From positions 1 through 61,116 of the forward strand of contig JBBINX010000006.1 in assembly GCA_037443685.1 (NCBI GenBank): a stretch of DNA of 61,116 bases, read 5' to 3'. This document shows, in pieces, positions 56,365 through 61,116 of the stretch. The notes below the pieces were generated by a model. It had not been told where the DNA came from, made no database searches, and saw only the letters and a program-made list of their open reading frames with translations. Made by a program: the position numbers and the translations under genes. Within the stretch, counting starts at the first letter, position 1. Every line of letters starts with the position of its first letter. The DNA comes from Ignavibacteriales bacterium. Its GTDB lineage: Bacteria; Bacteroidota; Ignavibacteria; UBA10030; BY39.

Positions 56365-56685
56365 ATGAATATTTTTGTAGGGAATCTATCGCGTGAGGTT
56401 AGCGGGGATGATTTACGTCAAGCTTTCGAAGCATTTGGCAAAGTTACAGCAGCCAAGGTCATAAAAGATATGTTTAGCGGTGAATCAAAGGGATTCGGGT
56501 TTATCGAAATGCCTGTAACCGCAGAAGCCCAAGCAGCCATCTCAGGTATGAATGGAAAGGAAATGGGCGGTAAAGTATTGAATGTGAACGAAGCTCGCCC
56601 ACGCACCAGTGATGGTCGTTCCGGCGGCCGACGTAGTGGTGGTGGGCGTGGTCGCTCTGGTGGCGGTGGCCGAAACAGGTTTTAA
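56365..56685 (+). CDS. RRM-type RNA-binding protein with an Arg/Gly-rich tail
   Basis: NIFVGNL (RNP-2), KGFGFIEM (RNP-1). Tail GRSGGRRSGGGRGRSGGGGRNRF. Confidence 0.9.
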   Translation: MNIFVGNLSREVSGDDLRQAFEAFGKVTAAKVIKDMFSGESKGFGFIEMPVTAEAQAAISGMNGKEMGGKVLNVNEARPRTSDGRSGGRRSGGGRGRSGGGGRNRF

Positions 56686-56711
56686 AGTTTAGTAATTACT
56701 TGTTCGAATGA

Positions 56712-56749
56712 GCTGACTCGAAGAAAAAAAGAGTCAGCCATTCTTTTTA
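56712..56749 (+). terminator. Rho-independent terminator after the RRM gene
   Basis: gctgactc-(11 nt)-gagtcagc (perfect 8 bp) followed by cattcttttta. Confidence 0.7.
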
Positions 56750-56978
56750 TAAAGACTGTTTTAACCAGAAAAATGTATTTTCGGGGGTTACGAATTTTAA
56801 TTTTTCTTCAATAATACAGTATAATTCATTTATACGTTTGCTTGCTGCTTTTATTAAGTCAACCGCAACGATAACGACGGTCTCTTGATTGTCATGCAGC
56901 CGTGTAGTAATCTTTTCATTTGGCGTTGCGATCTCACTTATTCCGAGGAATGAAAAATTGTATCGTCCTCTAATTCAA

Positions 56979-58370
56979 TTACTTAAACTCTTCTATCTTC
57001 TTATACTTTTCAAAAAATGTTTTTGTGAGAGCGCCAACCGTTCCACTTAAAAATGCAAGTGCAATTAAATTAGGTAATGCCATAAACGCATTAGCTATAT
57101 CGCCGACAAAGAAGACTAATTCAATAGATGCAATTGATCCTACGAAAATCAGTATAATGTAAACTACCCTATATACGTAAGTTATTTGAATCCCGAATAA
57201 GAATTTTAAACATTGCTCACCATAGTAACACCAACCAATCAGAGTTGTGTAACCGAATAAAAAAGATGCTATTGCAACGACGTATCCACCCAAATAAGGT
57301 ATGCCCTCAGAGAATGAAGCCGCAGTCATAGCTGTGCCTGAAAGTCCGCTCTGCCACATTCCCGTGGATAGATTGATAATTGCAGTGAGTGTGCAAACGA
57401 CAATAGTATCGATAAAAACTTCCATCGAACCGATTAACCCTTGATGAATCGGTGACGGAGTTTGTGCGGCTGCGTGTGCTATCGGCGCACTTCCTAAGCC
57501 AGCTTCGTTAGAGAGTAGCCCCCGCCTGAAACCGAATTGAATAGCCTGACTGACTGAAGCTCCAAGGAAACCGCCCAATGCTGCAGAAGGATTGAATGCA
57601 CAACTAAAAATAAGTTTAAATACATTCGGTAATTCGGCGTAGTGCTCTATGATTACAGCGAACCCAAAAACAAAATAAATAATAATCATAGTCGGAACTA
57701 ATTTTTCAGCTACCATACCGATGCGTTTAATACCACCGATAATAACAAGTCCGACGAGGATTGTAATGACGATACCCGTTGCGAGATTAGAAATACCAAA
57801 CTGGCTGTTGATCGCAAGCGCCATTTGATTAGCTTGCATCATATTTCCCGTTCCGAATAGAGCGGCGAAAGCTCCACATACAGCGAAAGCGCTTGCGAGA
57901 TGTATAGCTACTCTTTTGTTTTTCAGCCCATTTTTAATATAATACATCGGTCCGCCAGCTATTGTACCGTCGGGGTGCTTTTCGCGGTAATAAACACCTA
58001 ACAAGGCTTCGGCATATTTTGTTGCCATACCGATGAAACCGCACACCCACATCCAGAAGATAGCTCCCGGTCCACCCCAAAATAGAGCTGTAGCAACACC
58101 GCCGATATTGCCGTTACCTACAGTTGAGGCAAGCGCTGTGGAGAGGGCAGCAAATGGCGACACATCGCCTTCACGATTTTTATCGACGCCTTTTCCCATA
58201 AATCCACGCATTACTAATTTTAATGAGTCGCTAAATCTTCTAAATTGAATAAAGCCCGTTTTATAAGTTAACCATGCGCCAACTATAAAAAGTACATAAA
58301 TCATATACGACCAAATCCAGCTTGCTGTCTGGTCAATCCACAGGACGAGATCAGAATAAAATTGTTCCAT
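56979..58370 (-). CDS. Alanine/glycine:cation symporter (AGCS family)
   Basis: 463 aa polytopic. SPFAALSTALASTVGNGNIGGVATA and GLLSNEAGLGSAPIAHAAA signatures. Confidence 0.9.
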   Translation of the reverse strand: MEQFYSDLVLWIDQTASWIWSYMIYVLFIVGAWLTYKTGFIQFRRFSDSLKLVMRGFMGKGVDKNREGDVSPFAALSTALASTVGNGNIGGVATALFWGGPGAIFWMWVCGFIGMATKYAEALLGVYYREKHPDGTIAGGPMYYIKNGLKNKRVAIHLASAFAVCGAFAALFGTGNMMQANQMALAINSQFGISNLATGIVITILVGLVIIGGIKRIGMVAEKLVPTMIIIYFVFGFAVIIEHYAELPNVFKLIFSCAFNPSAALGGFLGASVSQAIQFGFRRGLLSNEAGLGSAPIAHAAAQTPSPIHQGLIGSMEVFIDTIVVCTLTAIINLSTGMWQSGLSGTAMTAASFSEGIPYLGGYVVAIASFLFGYTTLIGWCYYGEQCLKFLFGIQITYVYRVVYIILIFVGSIASIELVFFVGDIANAFMALPNLIALAFLSGTVGALTKTFFEKYKKIEEFK

Positions 58371-58389
58371 TAGTTTCCTTTACAAATGA

Positions 58390-59733
58390 TTATAAGATTT
58401 CAAAAATATTCAGAAGAACGAAAAAGATAATAACAGGACAGACGAACCGTATCAAAAATTTCCAAATGTTCAGGATAATTGTTTTATTATCGAGCGAACC
58501 GAGAAGAATTTCATTGGCGGCTTCTTTAGCTCCCCATTTCCAACCGATAAAAATACAAAGCAGAAATCCACCGGAGGTTAATGCAAAAGAACCGAACAAA
58601 AAATCCACGATATCTAAAAATCCAGTTTTGCCGAGAAAGTGCAAACCAGAGAAGAAACTGCTGTAACCTTGAGACATTGCCGACGGGACACCGATTAAGA
58701 ACGCAGCTCCCGAACAAATTATAGTTGCTTTTTTACGTGCTATCTTTAATTCATCAACAGCCCAAGCTACACCGACCTCAAGAAGTGAGATGGAAGATGT
58801 GAGAGCCGCAATTGCGAGAAGAACAAAAAAGAAAACTCCAACCACAGTCCCGCCCGGCATCTGATTAAAAATCTGTGGTAGTACATTAAAAACGAGTCCA
58901 GGACCTTGTGCCGGTTGCATACCGACTGCAAAAAGCGCTGGAAATATTACTAAACCAGCCATCACTGCAATTAATGTGTCTGAAAGTGCGACTGCTGTTG
59001 CCGATGTAATAAGATTTGTTTTTTTTGAAATATAGCTTCCGTAAGTAATCATAGCCCCCATACCTAAACTAAGCGAGAAAAAAGCTTGACCTAAAGCGGC
59101 GAGAATTGTTTTACCTGTAATTTTGCTGAAGTCGGGATTGAGGTAAAACTTTATACCCGCTTCTGCACCTGGGAGTGAAATTGAGAAGAGTATTAATCCT
59201 AACAGGATAATAAAAAGTAGAGGCATCAAAATTTTAGACCAGCGCTCGATTCCTTTTTTAATACCGCCTAAAACGACTAACGTTGTCAAACTGAGAAAGA
59301 TAATAAAATAACCGAACTCGCTTTTGGGGTCGGCTATAAAATGTCCAAATGTCTCTGTTGAATGGGTGCAAGTTTTAACGATGTAGCCGATTGTCCAACC
59401 TGCGACAACAGAGTAGTATGAAAGTATAACTATACCTGTGAGAACTCCGAGATAACCTAACATTCTCCAGGTGCTCTTTGGGACAATTGCTTTGATAGCG
59501 CCCACAGGATTACGCTGGGTATATCGTCCGAGTGATAGTTCTGCGATTAGAACCGGAAGACCGATAACGATTACGCATATTAGATAAACAAGGACGAAAG
59601 CCGCTCCGCCGTTTTCACCTGTTGTGTAAGGAAATCGCCAAATGTTACCAAGTCCGATTGCCGAGCCAGTAGCGGCAAGAATAAATCCAATTCGTGAGCC
59701 CCATTGAGCCCGCGTTTGTTCAAGCATCTTCAA
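58390..59733 (-). CDS. Sodium-dependent transporter, NSS (SNF) family
   Basis: WGSRIGFILAATGSAIGLGNIWRFPY at the N-terminus. 12-TM layout. 19 nt upstream of the AGCS gene. Confidence 0.9.
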   Translation of the reverse strand: MKMLEQTRAQWGSRIGFILAATGSAIGLGNIWRFPYTTGENGGAAFVLVYLICVIVIGLPVLIAELSLGRYTQRNPVGAIKAIVPKSTWRMLGYLGVLTGIVILSYYSVVAGWTIGYIVKTCTHSTETFGHFIADPKSEFGYFIIFLSLTTLVVLGGIKKGIERWSKILMPLLFIILLGLILFSISLPGAEAGIKFYLNPDFSKITGKTILAALGQAFFSLSLGMGAMITYGSYISKKTNLITSATAVALSDTLIAVMAGLVIFPALFAVGMQPAQGPGLVFNVLPQIFNQMPGGTVVGVFFFVLLAIAALTSSISLLEVGVAWAVDELKIARKKATIICSGAAFLIGVPSAMSQGYSSFFSGLHFLGKTGFLDIVDFLFGSFALTSGGFLLCIFIGWKWGAKEAANEILLGSLDNKTIILNIWKFLIRFVCPVIIFFVLLNIFEIL

Positions 59734-59819
59734 TCTTTCAAATTTATTTTAGCAACAATGGGAATTATAATAAAATGAGTAAAGAGAAGCAAACTATACT
59801 AAACTAATATTTTAAGTTG

Positions 59820-59872
59820 TTTATGAACTCTTATTGTTTTGTGTTACACATAGAATCCTTTGAGTTCATAAA
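59820..59872 (-). promoter_or_regulatory. Perfect 11-bp inverted repeat (tttatgaactc / gagttcataaa, 31-nt spacer) in the leader of the NSS-AGCS operon
   Basis: Read directly. 87 nt upstream of the NSS start at 59733. No U-run follows on either strand. Confidence 0.35.
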
Positions 59873-60123
59873 TGGTTAACAATCCGAAACAATATCAAAA
59901 TTCAAATGTCAAAAACAGGAATGATTTATTAAGTTTGGAATATTCAAATTTTCGCCGTTGGGAATTATTGAGGGGCTCAATTTTCGGATTTAGGATTTAT
60001 TGTACAAAATTGATGTTCTCCGTAATATCCGTAATTTTTTAACACAGGTGTGAGTTGTGTTTTTAAAGATTTAATCGGATTATAAGTCAAATCGTTCAAC
60101 ATCGCAGTATAAGTATTGCAGTC

Positions 60124-60456
60124 TTAGGTCAAAATATTAATACTTATAAGTTTGATGATTTGTTTTTCGTTTATATCTTTTACAGATTTTATTTCAATAA
60201 CTTTCATGGTTTTCCCACTTCCCTGAAATAAAGCTATTTTATCCTTTGACATACCTTTTATTGAAAAACCTAAATTTACATGAGTTTTAAGGGTAACGAA
60301 ATAATATTTTCCATCAGCATAAGACGGAACGCCCCATTTCATTTCTTCTTTAATATCTGGAAATGTTTTGAAAATAATCTTCCTCAATTTATTACAAATC
60401 TCTTTTTGAGGAGATTTAAGTTTTTCTATGTATTCATCAACCTTTTTATCTTTCAT
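60124..60456 (-). CDS. DUF1801 (YdhG-like) domain protein
   Basis: 110 aa. VDEYI......K.I...LR.II...FP...E..KWG.PSY pattern. Confidence 0.75.
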   Translation of the reverse strand: MKDKKVDEYIEKLKSPQKEICNKLRKIIFKTFPDIKEEMKWGVPSYADGKYYFVTLKTHVNLGFSIKGMSKDKIALFQGSGKTMKVIEIKSVKDINEKQIIKLISINILT

Positions 60457-60624
60457 AATTATTAGTGCTCACAAATAAAAAATATAAATTATTCGTTTTC
60501 TGAAAGGGAGTGAAAGAAAACACAATTATCCCCCTAATAAATAAAGAAAAATCAAATTTAATCTCTTTTTAAAGCTTATCCTCATTTTACCTCAAAAAAA
60601 TTTTTTGAATTGCATATAACGTGT

Positions 60625-60708
60625 GCAACAAAAATGCTGTTGCGTAGCGAACTCTTATTGACGAATTTTCTGTGAGCGAAGCAATAGTTCATTTTACATT
60701 TTTGTTGC
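60625..60708. repeat. Perfect 12-bp inverted repeat (gcaacaaaaatg / catttttgttgc) enclosing a 60-nt partly self-complementary core
   Basis: Read directly. The core contains ttgcgtagcg ... gcgaagcaa. Lies 21 nt downstream of the stop of the partial T9SS-cargo gene. Confidence 0.75.
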
Positions 60709-60728
60709 TGTTAACTGCAGTTGCCATT

Positions 60729-61116
60729 TCATTTCAATAGAATGAATTTTTTCGTTGATATAAAATCACCAGCAAGTAACCTATAGAAGTATACGCCGCT
60801 GGGCAGAGAAGAAGCATCAAGTTGGATATCGTATCTTCCTGCAATCCTTCTCTCATCGATTACATTCATTATTTCCTGCCCGAGCACGTTATATATTCTT
60901 AATGTCACCTGTAATTCCTTCGGGATCTCGAAATGTATTACAGTGATCGGATTGAATGGATTGGGATAATTCTGCGTGAGTAAGTACATTGCAGGCAATA
61001 GTTCTTGGTTGTTCACGTTAACAATTGTTCCTCTAAAAAGTGTGTCAACAAGGAAACCACTGATAATTTGTGTATTAAATTGCTGAGTTGTACCTACAAA
61101 AACTTGTCCAGCCACT
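60729..61116 (-). CDS. T9SS C-terminal sorting domain protein (3' part only; N-terminus outside window)
   Basis: NYPNPFNPITVIHFEIP...GVYFYRLLAGDF..TKKFILLK. Clearly paralogous to the CTD of the 18060-21338 protein. Confidence 0.85.
   Translation of the reverse strand, partial: VAGQVFVGTTQQFNTQIISGFLVDTLFRGTIVNVNNQELLPAMYLLTQNYPNPFNPITVIHFEIPKELQVTLRIYNVLGQEIMNVIDERRIAGRYDIQLDASSLPSGVYFYRLLAGDFISTKKFILLK

Noticed and set aside
1-61116. CRISPR arrays, tRNA/rRNA genes, transposases, integrases, reverse transcriptases
   Set aside because: I saw no regularly spaced direct repeats and no T-loop-type GGTTCGAATCC context with a cloverleaf. The ttcgaatcc at about 1353 lies inside the DUF5615 remnant. 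No ORF has DDE, tyrosine or serine recombinase, or RT motifs. A proper tRNAscan or Infernal run would still be needed to exclude small RNAs.

Overview
AT-rich bacterial chromosomal segment. It is densely coded, mostly housekeeping, with short or overlapping gene junctions. Two proteins end in a T9SS (Por) C-terminal sorting domain (NYPNPFNP...YFY...KK(F)xLLK). Together with the weak Shine-Dalgarno usage, this points to the FCB superphylum, plausibly an Ignavibacteria-like organism (inference only). I recognise about 55 genes:
- DNA replication and repair: recG, dnaB, ruvB, family-4 UDG, mpg, a UvrD-type helicase-nuclease.
- Nucleotide metabolism: pyrE, gmk, thymidine phosphorylase.
- Lipid, cell wall and cofactor genes: plsY-gpsA, murI, coaBC, panD, larB.
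- Sulfur amino acid genes: CBS and cystathionine gamma-lyase.
- RNA repair: rtcB-archease.
- Transporters: PiT, CaCA, AGCS, NSS, MscS.

I found no rRNA, tRNA, CRISPR array, transposase, integrase or recognisable defence island.

The most system-like unexplained locus is a four-gene, translationally coupled operon at 9380-13163. It holds two tandem Ddl-like ATP-grasp ligases, a small GNAT and a lysine 2,3-aminomutase. It predicts a beta-lysine-derived product that matches none of the beta-lysine pathways I know.

Other points worth a second look:
- a PolB-like gene with motifs A, B and C all substituted;
- a decayed DUF433/DUF5615 pair next to it;
- a very Tyr-rich lipoprotein with an Arg/Gly/Ser-rich tail, paired with a FadL-like barrel;
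- an orphan XRE-S24 (LexA/CI-like) repressor flanked by ~0.5 kb non-coding spacers that carry GACA-N4-TGTC palindromes;
- a four-helix-bundle gene remnant bounded by inverted repeats;
- a 75-codon stop-free frame with no start codon;
- several long-loop inverted repeats in intergenic DNA.

All calls come from reading the translated ORFs and the DNA by eye. No searches were run, so family assignments rest on remembered motifs and every functional proposal is a hypothesis.
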